64,000 nt of DNA from Eledone cirrhosa (Eukaryota). Shown here piece by piece: positions 14,701 to 31,400 of the stretch. A model generated the notes under the pieces. It had not been told where the DNA came from. It searched no databases and worked only from the letters and a program-made list of their open reading frames with translations. The position numbers were made by a program, and so were the translations under genes. Numbering within the stretch: the first letter of the stretch is position 1; each line of letters starts with the position of its first letter. The stretch spans positions 48,360,001-48,424,000 of the forward strand of contig OZ024741.1 of the NCBI GenBank assembly GCA_964016885.1, given 5' to 3'.

Positions 14701-16400
14701 TGTATTGCCCTCTACCATCCTCAATCTTCATGTAAACCCACACTGTATTGCCCTCTACCATCCTCAATCTTCATGTAAACCCACACTGTATTGCCCTCTA
14801 CCATCCTCAATCTTCATGTAAACCCACACTGTATTGCCCTCTACCATTCTCAATCTTCATGTAAACCCACGCTGTATTGCCCTCTACCACTCTCAATCTT
14901 CATGTAAACCCACACTGTATGGCCTCTACCATCCTCAATCTTCATGTAAACCCACACTGTATTGCCCTCTACCATTCTCAATATTCATATAAACCCACAC
15001 TGTATTGTCCTCTACCATCCTCAATCTTCATATAAAACCACACTCTATTGCCCTCTACCACCCTCAATCTTCATGTAAACCCACACTGGATTGCCCTCTA
15101 CCATCCTCAATCTTCATGTAAACGCACACTGTATGCCCTCTACCATCCTCATTCTTCATATAAACCCACACTGTATTGCCCTCTACCATCCTCAATCTTC
15201 ATATAAACCCACACTGTATTGCCCTCTACCATCCTCAATCTTCATATAAACCCACACTGTATTGCCCTCTACCATCCTCAATCTTCATATAAACCCACAC
15301 TTTATTGCCCTCTACCATTCTCAATCTTCATATAAACCCACAGTGTATTGCCCTCTACCATTCTCAATCTTCATATAAACCCACACTGTATTGCCCTCTA
15401 CGTTTCTCAATCTTCATATAAACCCACACTGTATTGCCCTCTACCATCCTCAATCTTCATGTAAACCCACACTGTATTGCCCTCTACCATCCTCAATCTT
15501 CATGTAAACCCACACTGTATTGCCCTCTACCATCCTCAATCTTCATGTAAACCCACACTGTATTGCCCTCTACCATCCTCAATCTTCATGTAAACCCACA
15601 CTGTATTGCCCTCTACGTTTCTCAATCTTCATATAAACCCACACTGTATTATCCTCTACCATCATCAATCTTCATATAAACCCACACTGTATTGCCCTCT
15701 ACCATTCTCAATCTTCATGTAAACCCACACTGTATTGCTGTCTACCATCCTCAATCTTCATATAAACCCACTCTGTATTGCCCTCTACCATTCTCAATCT
15801 TCATATAAACCCACACTGTATTGTCCTCTACCATTCTCAATCTTCATGTGAACCCACACTGTATTGCCCTTTACCATTCTCAATCTTCATGTAAACCCAC
15901 ACTGTATTGCCCTCTACCATTCTCAATCTTCATGTAAAACCCATACTGTATTGCCCTCTACCATCCTCAATCTTCATGTAAACCCACAATGTATTGCCCT
16001 CTACCATCCTCAATCTTCATATAAACCCACACTGTATTGCCCATCACCATAGTCAATCTTCATATAAACCAACACTGTATTGCCCTCTACCATCCTCAAT
16101 CTTCATGTAAACCAATACTGTATTGCCCTCTACCATCCTCAATCTTCATGTAAACCCACATTGTATTGCCCTCTACCATCCTCAATCTTCATGTAAACCC
16201 ACACTGTATTGCCCTCTACCATCCCCAATCTTCATATAAACCCACACTGTATTGCCCTCTACCATCCTCAATCTTCATGTAAACCCACACTCTATGGCCT
16301 CTACCATCCTCAATCGTCATGTAAACCCACACTGTATTGCCCTCTACCATTCTCAATATTCATATAAACCCACACTGTATTGCCCTCTACCATCCTCAAT
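11320..16400. repeat. ~2.2-2.3 kb unit (51-54 monomers) in about 2.3 tandem copies
   Basis: The marker cassette is at 11359, 13676 and 15864 (offsets 2317, 2188; the 129-bp difference equals 3 monomers). The rare GTGAACCC variant is at 13531 and 15848 (offset 2317). Confidence 0.8.
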
Positions 16401-19400
16401 CTTCATATAAACCCACACTGTATTGCCCTCTACCATTCTCAATCTTCATGTAAACCCACACTGTATTGCTCTCTACCATCCTCAATCTTCATATAAACCC
16501 ACACTGTATTGCCCTCTACCATTCTCAATCTTCATGTAAACCCACACTGTATTGCTCTCTACCATGCTCAATCTTCATATAAACCCACTCTGTATTGCCC
16601 TCTACCATTCTCAATCTTCATATAAACCCACACTGTATTATCCTCTACCATCATCAATCTTCATATAAACCCACACTGTATTGCCCTCTACCATTCTCAA
16701 TCTTCATGTAAACCCACGCTGTATTGCCCTCTACCATTCTCAATCTTCATGTAAACCCACACTGTATGGCCTCTACCATCCTCAATCTTCATGTAAACCC
16801 ACACTGTATTGCCCTCTACCATTCTCAATATTCATATAAACCCACACTGTATTGTCCTCTACCATCCTCAATCTTCATATAAAACCACACTCTATTGCCC
16901 TCTACCACCCTCAATCTTCATGTAAACCCACACTGGATTGCCCTCTACCATCCTCAATCTTCATGTAAACGCACACTGTATGCCCTCTACCATCCTCATT
17001 CTTCATATAAACCCACACTGTATTGCCCTCTACCATCCTCAATCTTCATATAAACCCACACTGTATTGCCCTCTACCATCCTCAATCTTCATATAAACCC
17101 ACACTGTATTGCCCTCTACCATCCTCAATCTTCATATAAACCCACACTTTATTGCCCTCTACCATTCTCAAACTTCATATAAACCCACAGTGTATTGCCC
17201 TCTACCATTCTCAATCTTCATATAAACCCACACTGTATTGCCTCTACCATCCTCAATCTTCATATAAACCCACACTGTATTGCCCTCTACCATTCTCAAT
17301 CTTCATGTAAACCGACACTGTATTGCCCTCTACCATTCTCAATCTTCATATAAACCCACAGTGTATTGCCCTCTACCATTCTCAATCTTCATATAAACCC
17401 ACACTGTATTGCCCTCTACCATCCTCAATCTTCATATAAACCCAAACTGTATTGCCCTCTACCATTCTCAATTTTCATGTAAACCCACACTGTATTGCCC
17501 TCTACCATCCTCAATCTTCATATAAAACCACACTGTATTGCCCTCTACCACCCTCAATCTTCATGTAAACCCACACTGGATTGCCCTCTACCATCCTCAA
17601 TCTTCATGTAAACCCACACTGTATTGCCCTCTACCATCCTCAATCTTCATATAAACCCACACTGTATTGCCCTCTACCATTCTTAATCTTCATGTAAACC
17701 CACACTGTATTGCCCTCTAACATTCTCAATCTTCATATAAACCCACACTGTATTGCCCTCTACCATTCTCAATCTTCATATAAACCCACACTGTATTGCC
17801 CTCTACCATTCTCAATCTTCATATATACCCACACTGTATTGCCCTCTACCACCCTCAATCTTCATGTAAACCCACACTGTATTGCCCTCTAACATTCTCA
17901 ATCTTCATATAAACCCACACTGTATTGCCCTCTACCATTCTCAATCTTCATATAAACCCACACTGTATTGCCCTCTACCATTCTCAATCTTCATGTAAAC
18001 CCACACTGTATTGCCCTCTACCACCCTCAATCTTCATGTAAACCCACACTGTATTGCCCTCTACCATTCTCAATCTTCATGTAAACCCACACTGTATTGC
18101 CCTCTACCATTCTCAATCTTCATGTAAACCCACACTGTATTGCCCTCTACCATCCTCAATCTTCATATAAACCCACACTGTATTGCCCTCTACCATCCTC
18201 AATCTTCATGTAAACCGACACTGTATTGCCCTCTACCATCCTCAATCTTCATATAAACCCACACTTTATTGCCCTCTACCATCCTCAATCTTCATATAAA
18301 CCCACACTGTATTGCCCTCTACCATTCTCAATCTTCATGTAAACCCACACTGTATTGCTCTCTACCATCCTCAATCTTCATATAAACCCACACTGTATTG
18401 CCCTCTACCATTCTCAATCTTCATGTAAACCCACACTGTATTGCTCTCTACCATCCTCAATCTTCATATAAACCCACACTGTATTGCCCTCTACCATTCT
18501 CAATCTTCATGTAAACCCACACTGTATTGCTCTCTACCATGCTCAATCTTCATATAAACCCACTCTGTATTGCCCTCTACCATTCTCAATCTTCATATAA
18601 ACCCACACTGTATTATCCTCTACCATCATCAATCTTCATATAAACCCACACTGTATTGCCCTCTACCATTCTCAATCTTCATGTAAACCCACACTGTATT
18701 GCTGTCTACCATCCTCAATCTTCATATAAACCCACTCTGTATTGCCCTCTACCATTCTCAATCTTCATATAAACCCACACTGTATTGTCCTCTACCATTC
18801 TCAATCTTCATGTAAACCCACACTGTATTGCCCTTTACCATTCTCAATCTTCATGTAAACCCACACTGTATTGCCCTCTACCATTCTCAATCTTCATGTA
18901 AAACCCATACTGTATTGCCCTCTACCATCCTCAATCTTCATGTAAACCCACAATGTATTGCCCTCTACCATCCTCAATCTTCATATAAACCCACACTGTA
19001 TTGCCCATCACCATAGTCAATCTTCATATAAACCAACACTGTATTGCCCTCTACCATCCTCAATCTTCATGTAAACCAATACTGTATTGCCCTCTACCAT
19101 CCTCAATCTTCATGTAAACCCACATTGTATTGCCCTCTACCATCCTCAATCTTCATGTAAACCCACACTGTATTGCCCTCTACCATCCCCAATCTTCATA
19201 TAAACCCACACTGTATTGCCCTCTACCATCCTCAATCTTCATGTAAACCCACACTCTATGGCCTCTACCATACTCAATCGTCATGTAAACCCACACTGTA
19301 TTGCCCTCTACCATTCTCAATATTCATATAAACCCACACTGTATTGCCCTCTACCATCCTCAATCTTCATATAAAACCACACTGTATGGCCTCTACCATC

Positions 19401-20069
19401 CTCAATCTTCATATAAACCCACACTGTATTGCCCTCTAACATTCTCAATCTTCATATAAACACACACTGTATTGCCCTCTACCATCCTCAATCTTCATGT
19501 AAACCCACACTGTATTGCCCTCTACATTTCTCAATCTTCATATAAACCCACACTGTATTATCCTCTACCATCATCAATCTTCATATAAACCCACACTGTA
19601 TTGCCCTCTACCATTCTCAATCTTCATGTAAACCCACACTGTATTGCTGTCTACCATCCTCAATCTTCATATAAACCCACTCTGTATTGCCCTCTACCAT
19701 TCTCAATCTTCATATAAACCCACACTGTATTGTCCTCTACCATTCTCAATCTTCATGTAAACCCACACTGTATTGCCCTTTACCATTCTCAATCTTCATG
19801 TAAACCCACACTGTATTGCCCTCTACCATTCTCAATCTTCATGTAAAACCCATACTGTATTGCCCTCTACCATCCTCAATCTTCATGTAAACCCACAATG
19901 TATTGCCCTCTACCATCCTCAATCTTCATATAAACCCACACTGTATTGCCCATCACCATAGTCAATCTTCATATAAACCAACACTGTATTGCCCTCTACC
20001 ATCCTCAATCTTCATGTAAACCAATACTGTATTGCCCTCTACCATCCTCAATCTTCATGTAAACCCACA

Positions 20070-22450
20070 TTGTATTGCCCTCTACCATCCTCAATCTTCA
20101 TGTAAACCCACACTGTATTGCCCTCTACCATCCCCAATCTTCATATAAACCCAAACTGTATTGCCCTCTACCATTCTCAATTTTCATGTAAACCCACACT
20201 GTATTGCCCTCTACCATCCTCAATCTTCATATAAAACCACACTGTATTGCCCTCTACCACCCTCAATCTTCATGTAAACCCACACTGGATTGCCCTCTAC
20301 CATCCTCAATCTTCATGTAAACCCACACTGTATTGCCCTCTACCATCCTCAATCTTCATATAAACCCACACTGTATTGCCCTCTACCATTCTTAATCTTC
20401 ATGTAAACCCACACTGTATTGCCCTCTAACATTCTCAATCTTCATATAAACCCACACTGTATTGCCCTCTACCATTCTCAATCTTCATATAAACCCACAC
20501 TGTATTGCCCTCTACCATTCTCAATCTTCATATAAACACACACTGTATTGCCCTCTACCACCCTCAATCTTCATGTAAACCCACACTGTATTGCCCTCTA
20601 ACATTCTCAATCTTCATATAAACCCACACTGTATTGCCCTCTACCATTCTCAATCTTCATATAAACCCACACTGTATTGCCCTCTACCATTCTCAATCTT
20701 CATGTAAACCCACACTGTATTGCCCTCTACCACCCTCAATCTTCATGTAAACCCACACTGTATTGCCCTCTACCATTCTCAATCTTCATGTAAACCCACA
20801 CTGTATTGCCCTCTACCATTCTCAATGTTCATGTAAACCCACACTGTATTGCCCTCTACCATCCTCAATCTTCATATAAACCCACACTGTATTGCCCTCT
20901 ACCATCCTCAATCTTCATGTAAACCGACACTGTATTGCCCTCTACCATCCTCAATCTTCATATAAACCCACACTTTATTGCCCTCTACCATCCTCAATCT
21001 TCATATAAACCCACACTGTATTGCCCTCTACCATTCTCAATCTTCATGTAAACCCACACTGTATTGCTCTCTACCATCCTCAATCTTCATATAAACCCAC
21101 ACTGTATTGCCCTCTACCATTCTCAATCTTCATGTAAACCCACACTGTATTGCTCTCTACCATCCTCAATCTTCATATAAACCCACACTGTATTGCCCTC
21201 TACCATTCTCAATCTTCATGTAAACCCACACTGTATTGCTCTCTACCATCCTCAATCTTCATATAAACCCACATTGTATTGCCCTCTACCATCCTCAATC
21301 TTCATGTAAACCCACACTGTATTGCCCTCTACCATCCCCAATCTTCATATAAACCCAAACTGTATTGCCCTCTACCATTCTCAATTTTCATGTAAACCCA
21401 CACTGTATTGCCCTCTACCATCCTCAATCTTCATATAAAACCACACTGTATTGCCCTCTACCACCCTCAATCTTCATGTAAACCCACACTGGATTGCCCT
21501 CTACCATCCTCAATCTTCATGTAAACCCACACTGTATTGCCCTCTACCATCCTCAATCTTCATATAAACCCACACTGTATTGCCCTCTACCATTCTTAAT
21601 CTTCATGTAAACCCACACTGTATTGCCCTCTAACATTCTCAATCTTCATATAAACCCACACTGTATTGCCCTCTACCATTCTCAATCTTCATATAAACCC
21701 ACACTGTATTGCCCTCTACCATTCTCAATCTTCATATAAACACACACTGTATTGCCCTCTACCACCCTCAATCTTCATGTAAACCCACACTGTATTGCCC
21801 TCTAACATTCTCAATCTTCATATAAACCCACACTGTATTGCCCTCTACCATTCTCAATCTTCATATAAACCCACACTGTATTGCCCTCTACCATTCTCAA
21901 TCTTCATGTAAACCCACACTGTATTGCCCTCTACCACCCTCAATCTTCATGTAAACCCACACTGTATTGCCCTCTACCATTCTCAATCTTCATGTAAACC
22001 CACACTGTATTGCCCTCTACCATTCTCAATGTTCATGTAAACCCACACTGTATTGCCCTCTACCATCCTCAATCTTCATATAAACCCACACTGTATTGCC
22101 CTCTACCATCCTCAATCTTCATGTAAACCGACACTGTATTGCCCTCTACCATCCTCAATCTTCATATAAACCCACACTTTATTGCCCTCTACCATCCTCA
22201 ATCTTCATATAAACCCACACTGTATTGCCCTCTACCATTCTCAATCTTCATGTAAACCCACACTGTATTGCTCTCTACCATCCTCAATCTTCATATAAAC
22301 CCACACTGTATTGCCCTCTACCATTCTCAATCTTCATGTAAACCCACACTGTATTGCTCTCTACCATCCTCAATCTTCATATAAACCCACACTGTATTGC
22401 CCTCTACCATTCTCAATCTTCATGTAAACCCACACTGTATTGCTCTCTAC
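20070..22450. repeat. Tandem duplication of a 28-monomer (1,204 bp) block
   Basis: TCCCCAATCTTCATATAAACCCAAACTG is at 20131 and 21335. CTCAATGTTC is at 20821 and 22025. 1204 = 28x43 exactly. Confidence 0.85.
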
Positions 22451-25400
22451 CATGCTCAATCTTCATATAAACCCACTCTGTATTACCCTCTACCATTCTC
22501 AATCTTCATATAAACCCACACTGTATTATCCTCTACCATCATCAATCTTCATATAAACCCACACTGTATTGCCCTCTACCATTCTCAATCTTCATGTAAA
22601 CCCACACTGTATTGCTGTCTACCATCCTCAATCTTCATATAAACCCACTCTGTATTGCCCTCTACCATTCTCAATCTTCATATAAACCCACACTGTATTG
22701 TCCTCTACCATTCTCAATCTTCATGTAAACCCACACTGTATTGCCCTTTACCATTCTCAATCTTCATGTAAACCCACACTGTATTGCCCTCTACCATTCT
22801 CAATCTTCATGTAAAACCCATACTGTATTGCCCTCTACCATCCTCAATCTTCATGTAAACCCACAATGTATTGCCCTCTACCATCCTCAATCTTCATATA
22901 AACCCACACTGTATTGCCCATCACCATAGTCAATCTTCATATAAACCAACACTGTATTGCCCTCTACCATCCTCAATCTTTATGTAAACCAATACTGTAT
23001 TGCCCTCTACCATCCTCAACCTTCATGTAAACCCACATTGTATTGCCCTCTACCATCCTCAATCTTCATGTAAACCCACACTGTATTGCCCTCTACCATC
23101 CCCAATCTTCATATAAACCCACACTGTATTGCCCTCTACCATCCTCAATCTTCATGTAAACCCACACTCTATGGCCTCTACCATCCTCAATCGTCATGTA
23201 AACCCACACTGTATTGCCCTCTACCATTCTCAATATTCATATAAACCCACACTGTATTGCCCTCTACCATCCTCAATCTTCATATAAAACCACACTGTAT
23301 GGCCTCTACCATCCTCAATCTTCATATAAACCCACACTGTATTGCCCTCTAACATTCTCAATCTTCATATAAACACACACTGTATTGCCCTCTACCATCC
23401 TCAATCTTCATGTAAACCCACACTGTATTGCCCTCTACCATCCTCAATCTTCATGTAAACCCACACTGTATTGCCCTCTACGTTTCTCAATCTTCATATA
23501 AACCCACACTGTATTATCCTCTACCATCCTCAATCTTCATGTAAACCCACACTGTATTGCCCTCTACCATTCTCAATCTTCATGTAAACCCACACTGTAT
23601 TGCCCTCTACCATCCTCAATCTTCATGTAAACCCACACTGTATTGCCCTCTACGTTTCTCAATCTTCATATAAACCCACACTGTATTATCCTCTACCATC
23701 ATCAATCTTCATATAAACCCACACTGTATTGCCCTCTACCATTCTCAATCTTCATGTAAACCCACACTGTATTGCTGTCTACCATCCTCAATCTTCATAT
23801 AAACCCACTCTGTATTGCCCTCTACCATTCTCAATCTTCATATAAACCCACACTGTATTGTCCTCTACCATTCTCAATCTTCATGTAAACCCACACTCTA
23901 TTGCCCTTTACCATTCTCAATCTTCATGTAAACCCACACTGTATTGCCCTCTACCATTCTCAATCTTCATGTAAAACCCATACTGTATTGCCCTCTACCA
24001 TCCTCAATCTTCATGTAAACCCACAATGTATTGCCCTCTACCATCCTCAATCTTCATATAAACCCACACTGTATTGCCCATCACCATAGTCAATCTTCAT
24101 ATAAACCAACACTGTATTGCCCTCTACCATCCTCAATCTTCATGTAAACCAATACTGTATTGCCCTCTACCATCCTCAATCTTCATGTAAACCCACATTG
24201 TATTGCCCTCTACCATCCTCAATCTTCATGTAAACCCACACTGTATTGCCCTCTACCATCCCCAATCTTCATATAAACCCACACTGTATTGCCCTCTACC
24301 ATCCTCAATCTTCATGTAAACCCACACTCTATGGCCTCTACCATCCTCAATCGTCATGTAAACCCACACTGTATTGCCCTCTACCATTCTCAATATTCAT
24401 ATAAACCCACACTGTATTGCCCTCTACCATCCTCAATCTTCATATAAAACCACACTGTATGGCCTCTACCATCCTCAATCTTCATATAAACCCACACTGT
24501 ATTGCCCTCTAACATTCTCAATCTTAATATAAACACACACTGTATTGCTCTCTACCATTCTCAATCTTCATGTAAACCCACACTGTATTGCCCTCTACCA
24601 TCCTCAATCTTCATATAAACCCACACTGTATTGCCCTCTACCATCCTCAATCTTCATGTAAACCCACACTGTATTGCCCTCCACCTTTCTCAATCTTCAT
24701 ATAAACCCACACTGTATTGCCCTCTACCATCCTCAATCTTCATGTAAACCCACACTGTATTGCCCTCTACCATCCTCAATCTTCATGTAAACCCACACTG
24801 TATTGCCCTCTACGTTTCTCAATCTTCATATAAACCCACACTGTATTGCCCTCTACCATCCTCAATCTTCATGTAAACCCACACTGTATTGCCCTCTACC
24901 ATCCTCAATCTTCATGTAAACCCACACTGTATTGCCCTCTACCATTCTCAATCTTCATGTAAACCCACACTTTATTGCCCTCTACTATTCTCAATCTTCA
25001 TATAAACCCACACTGTATTGCCCTCTACCATTCTCAATCTTCATATAAACCCACACCGTATTGCCCTCTACCATTCTCAATCTTCATATAAACCCACACT
25101 GTATTGCCCTCAACCATCCTCAATCTTCATATAAACCCACACTTTATTGCCCTCTACCGTCCTCAAACTTCATGTAAACCCACACCGTATTGCCCTCTAC
25201 CATTCTCAATCTTCATGTAAACCCACACTGTATTGCCCTCTACCATCCTCAATCTTCATATAAACCCACACTGTATTGCCCTCTACCATTCTTAATCTTC
25301 ATGTAAACCCACACTGTATTGCCCTCTAACATTCTCAATCTTCATATAAACCCACACTGTATTGCCCTCTACCATTCTCAATCTTCATATAAACCCACAC

Positions 25401-28400
25401 TGTATTGCCCTCTACCATTCTCAATCTTCATATAAACCCACACTGTATTGCCCTCTAACATTCTCAATCTTCATATAAACCCACACTGTATTGCCCTCTA
25501 ACATTCTCAATCTTCATATAACCCCACACTGTATTGCCCTCTACCATTCTCAATCTTCATATAAACCCACACTGTATTGCCCTCTACCATTCTCAATCTT
25601 CATGTAAACCCACACTGTATTGCCCTCTACCACCCTCAATCGTCATGTAAACCCACACTGTATTGCCCTCTACCATTCTCAATATTCATATAAACCCACA
25701 CTGTATTGCCCTCTACCATCCTCAATCTTCATATAAAACCACACTGTATGGCCTCTACCATCCTCAATCTTCATATAAACCCACACTGTATTGCCCTCTA
25801 ACATTCTCAATCTTCATATAAACACACACTGTATTGCCCTCTACCATCCTCAATCTTCATGTAAACCCACACTGTATTGCCCTCTACGTTTCTCAATCTT
25901 CATATAAACCCACACTGTATTATCCTCTACCATCCTCAATCTTCATGTAAACCCACACTGTATTGCCCTCTACCATTCTCAATCTTCATGTAAACCCACA
26001 CTGTATTGCCCTCTACCATCCTCAATCTTCATGTAAACCCACACTGTATTGCCCTCTACGTTTCTCAATCTTCATATAAACCCACACTGTATTATCCTCT
26101 ACCATCATCAATCTTCATATAAACCCACACTGTATTGCCCTCTACCATTCTCAATCTTCATGTAAACCCACACTGTATTGCTGTCTACCATCCTCAATCT
26201 TCATATAAACCCACTCTGTATTGCCCTCTACCATTCTCAATCTTCATATAAACCCACACTGTATTGTCCTCTACCATTCTCAATCTTCATGTAAACCCAC
26301 ACTCTATTGCCCTTTACCATTCTCAATCTTCATGTAAACCCACACTGTATTGCCCTCTACCATTCTCAATCTTCATGTAAAACCCATACTGTATTGCCCT
26401 CTACCATCCTCAATCTTCATGTAAACCCACAATGTATTGCCCTCTACCATCCTCAATCTTCATATAAACCCACACTGTATTGCCCATCACCATAGTCAAT
26501 CTTCATATAAACCAACACTGTATTGCCCTCTACCATCCTCAATCTTCATGTAAACCAATACTGTATTGCCCTCTACCATCCTCAATCTTCATGTAAACCC
26601 ACATTGTATTGCCCTCTACCATCCTCAATCTTCATGTAAACCCACACTGTATTGCCCTCTACCATCCCCAATCTTCATATAAACCCACACTGTATTGCCC
26701 TCTACCATCCTCAATCTTCATGTAAACCCACACTCTATGGCCTCTACCATCCTCAATCGTCATGTAAACCCACACTGTATTGCCCTCTACCATTCTCAAT
26801 ATTCATATAAACCCACACTGTATTGCCCTCTACCATCCTCAATCTTCATATAAAACCACACTGTATGGCCTCTACCATCCTCAATCTTCATATAAACCCA
26901 CACTGTATTGCCCTCTAACATTCTCAATCTTAATATAAACACACACTGTATTGCTCTCTACCATTCTCAATCTTCATGTAAACCCACACTGTATTGCCCT
27001 CTACCATGCTCAATCTTCATATAAACCCACACTGTATTGCCCTCTACCATCCTCAATCTTCATGTAAACCCACACTGTATTGCCCTCCACCTTTCTCAAT
27101 CTTCATATAAACCCACACTGTATTGCCCTCTACCATCCTCAATCTTCATGTAAACCCACACTGTATTGCCCTCTACCATCCTCAATCTTCATGTAAACCC
27201 ACACTGTATTGCCCTCTACGTTTCTCAATCTTCATATAAACCCACACTGTATTGCCCTCTACCATCCTCAATCTTCATGTAAACCCACACTGTATTGCCC
27301 TCTACCATCCTCAATCTTCATGTAAACCCACACTGTATTGCCCTCTACCATTCTCAATCTTCATGTAAACCCACACTTTATTGCCCTCTACTATTCTCAA
27401 TCTTCATATAAACCCACACTGTATTGCCCTCTACCATTCTCAATCTTCATATAAACCCACACCGTATTGCCCTCTACCATTCTCAATCTTCATATAAACC
27501 CACACTGTATTGCCCTCAACCATCCTCAATCTTCATATAAACCCACACTTTATTGCCCTCTACCGTCCTCAAACTTCATGTAAACCCACACCGTATTGCC
27601 CTCTACCATTCTCAATCTTCATGTAAACCCACACTGTATTGCCCTCTACCATCCTCAATCTTCATATAAACCCACACTGTATTGCCCTCTACCATTCTTA
27701 ATCTTCATGTAAACCCACACTGTATTGCCCTCTAACATTCTCAATCTTCATATAAACCCACACTGTATTGCCCTCTACCATTCTCAATCTTCATATAAAC
27801 CCACACTGTATTGCCCTCTACCATTCTCAATCTTCATATAAACCCACACTGTATTGCCCTCTAACATTCTCAATCTTCATATAAACCCACACTGTATTGC
27901 CCTCTAACATTCTCAATCTTCATATAACCCCACACTGTATTGCCCTCTACCATTCTCAATCTTCATATAAACCCACACTGTATTGCCCTCTACCATTCTC
28001 AATCTTCATGTAAACCCACACTGTATTGCCCTCTACCACCCTCAATCTTCATGTAAACCCACACTGTATTGCCCTCTACCATTCTCAATCTTCATGTAAA
28101 CCCACACTGTATTGCCCTCTACCATTCTCAATGTTCATGTAAACCCACACTGTATTGCCCTCTACCATCCTCAATCTTCATATAAACCCACACTGTATTG
28201 CCCTCTACCATCCTCAATCTTCATGTAAACCGACACTGTATTGCCCTCTACCATCCTCAATCTTCATATAAACCCACACTTTATTGCCCTCTACCATCCT
28301 CAATCTTCATATAAACCCACACTGTATTGCCCTCTACCATTCTCAATCTTCATGTAAACCAAACACTGTATTGCTCTCTACCATCCTCAATCTTCATATA

Positions 28401-31400
28401 AACCCACACTGTATTGCCCTCTACCATTCTCAATCTTCATGTAAACCCACACTGTATTGCTCTCTACCATCCTCAATCTTCATATAAACCCACACTGTAT
28501 TGCCCTCTACCATTCTCAATCTTCATGTAAACCCACACTGTATTGCTCTCTACCATGCTCAATCTTCATATAAACCCACTCTGTATTGCCCTCTACCATT
28601 CTCAATCATCATATAAACCCACACTGTATTATCCTCTACCATCATCAATCTTCATATAAACCCACACTGTATTGCCCTCTACCATTCTCAATCTTCATGT
28701 AAACCCACACTGTATTGCTGTCTACCATCCTCAATCTTCATATAAACCCACTCTGTATTGCCCTCTACCATTCTCAATCTTCATATAAACCCACACTGTA
28801 TTGTCCTCTACCATTCTCAATCTTCATGTAAACCCACACTGTATTGCCCTTTACCATTCTCAATCTTCATGTAAACCCACACTGTATTGCCCTCTACCAT
28901 TCTCAATCTTCATGTAAAACCCATACTGTATTGCCCTCTACCATCCTCAATCTTCATGTAAACCCACAATGTATTGCCCTCTACCATCCTCAATCTTCAT
29001 ATAAACCCACACTGTATTGCCCATCACCATAGTCAATCTTCATATAAACCAACACTGTATTGCCCTCTACCATCCTCAATCTTTATGTAAACCAATACTG
29101 TATTGCCCTCTACCATCCTCAACCTTCATGTAAACCCACATTGTATTGCCCTCTACCATCCTCAATCTTCATGTAAACCCACACTGTATTGCCCTCTACC
29201 ATCCCCAATCTTCATATAAACCCACACTGTATTGCCCTCTACCATCCTCAATCTTCATGTAAACCCACACTCTATGGCCTCTACCATCCTCAATCGTCAT
29301 GTAAACCCACACTGTATTGCCCTCTACCATTCTCAATATTCATATAAACCCACACTGTATTGCCCTCTACCATCCTCAATCTTCATATAAAACCACACTG
29401 TATGGCCTCTACCATCCTCAATCTTCATATAAACCCACACTGTATTGCCCTCTAACATTCTCAATCTTCATATAAACACACACTGTATTGCCCTCTACCA
29501 TCCTCAATCTTCATGTAAACCCACACTGTATTGCCCTCTACCATCCTCAATCTTCATGTAAACCCACACTGTATTGCCCTCTACGTTTCTCAATCTTCAT
29601 ATAAACCCACACTGTATTATCCTCTACCATCCTCAATCTTCATGTAAACCCACACTGTATTGCCCTCTACCATTCTCAATCTTCATGTAAACCCACACTG
29701 TATTGCCCTCTACCATCCTCAATCTTCATGTAAACCCACACTGTATTGCCCTCTACGTTTCTCAATCTTCATATAAACCCACACTGTATTATCCTCTACC
29801 ATCATCAATCTTCATATAAACCCACACTGTATTGCCCTCTACCATTCTCAATCTTCATGTAAACCCACACTGTATTGCTGTCTACCATCCTCAATCTTCA
29901 TATAAACCCACTCTGTATTGCCCTCTACCATTCTCAATCTTCATATAAACCCACACTGTATTGTCCTCTACCATTCTCAATCTTCATGTAAACCCACACT
30001 CTATTGCCCTTTACCATTCTCAATCTTCATGTAAACCCACACTGTATTGCCCTCTACCATTCTCAATCTTCATGTAAAACCCATACTGTATTGCCCTCTA
30101 CCATCCTCAATCTTCATGTAAACCCACAATGTATTGCCCTCTACCATCCTCAATCTTCATATAAACCCACACTGTATTGCCCATCACCATAGTCAATCTT
30201 CATATAAACCAACACTGTATTGCCCTCTACCATCCTCAATCTTCATGTAAACCAATACTGTATTGCCCTCTACCATCCTCAATCTTCATGTAAACCCACA
30301 TTGTATTGCCCTCTACCATCCTCAATCTTCATGTAAACCCACACTGTATTGCCCTCTACCATCCCCAATCTTCATATAAACCCACACTGTATTGCCCTCT
30401 ACCATCCTCAATCTTCATGTAAACCCACACTCTATGGCCTCTACCATCCTCAATCGTCATGTAAACCCACACTGTATTGCCCTCTACCATTCTCAATATT
30501 CATATAAACCCACACTGTATTGCCCTCTACCATCCTCAATCTTCATATAAAACCACACTGTATGGCCTCTACCATCCTCAATCTTCATATAAACCCACAC
30601 TGTATTGCCCTCTAACATTCTCAATCTTAATATAAACACACACTGTATTGCTCTCTACCATTCTCAATCTTCATGTAAACCCACACTGTATTGCCCTCTA
30701 CCATGCTCAATCTTCATATAAACCCACACTGTATTGCCCTCTACCATCCTCAATCTTCATGTAAACACACACTGTATTGCCCTCCACCTTTCTCAATCTT
30801 CATATAAACCCACACTGTATTGCCCTCTACCATCCTCAATCTTCATGTAAACCCACACTGTATTGCCCTCTACCATCCTCAATCTTCATGTAAACCCACA
30901 CTGTATTGCCCTCTACGTTTCTCAATCTTCATATAAACCCACACTGTATTGCCCTCTACCATCCTCAATCTTCATGTAAACCCACACTGTATTGCCCTCT
31001 ACCATCCTCAATCTTCATGTAAACCCACACTGTATTGCCCTCTACCATTCTCAATCTTCATGTAAACCCACACTTTATTGCCCTCTACTATTCTCAATCT
31101 TCATATAAACCCACACTGTATTGCCCTCTACCATTCTCAATCTTCATATAAACCCACACCGTATTGCCCTCTACCATTCTCAATCTTCATATAAACCCAC
31201 ACTGTATTGCCCTCAACCATCCTCAATCTTCATATAAACCCACACTTTATTGCCCTCTACCGTCCTCAAACTTCATGTAAACCCACACCGTATTGCCCTC
31301 TACCATTCTCAATCTTCATGTAAACCCACACTGTATTGCCCTCTACCATCCTCAATCTTCATATAAACCCACACTGTATTGCCCTCTACCATTCTTAATC

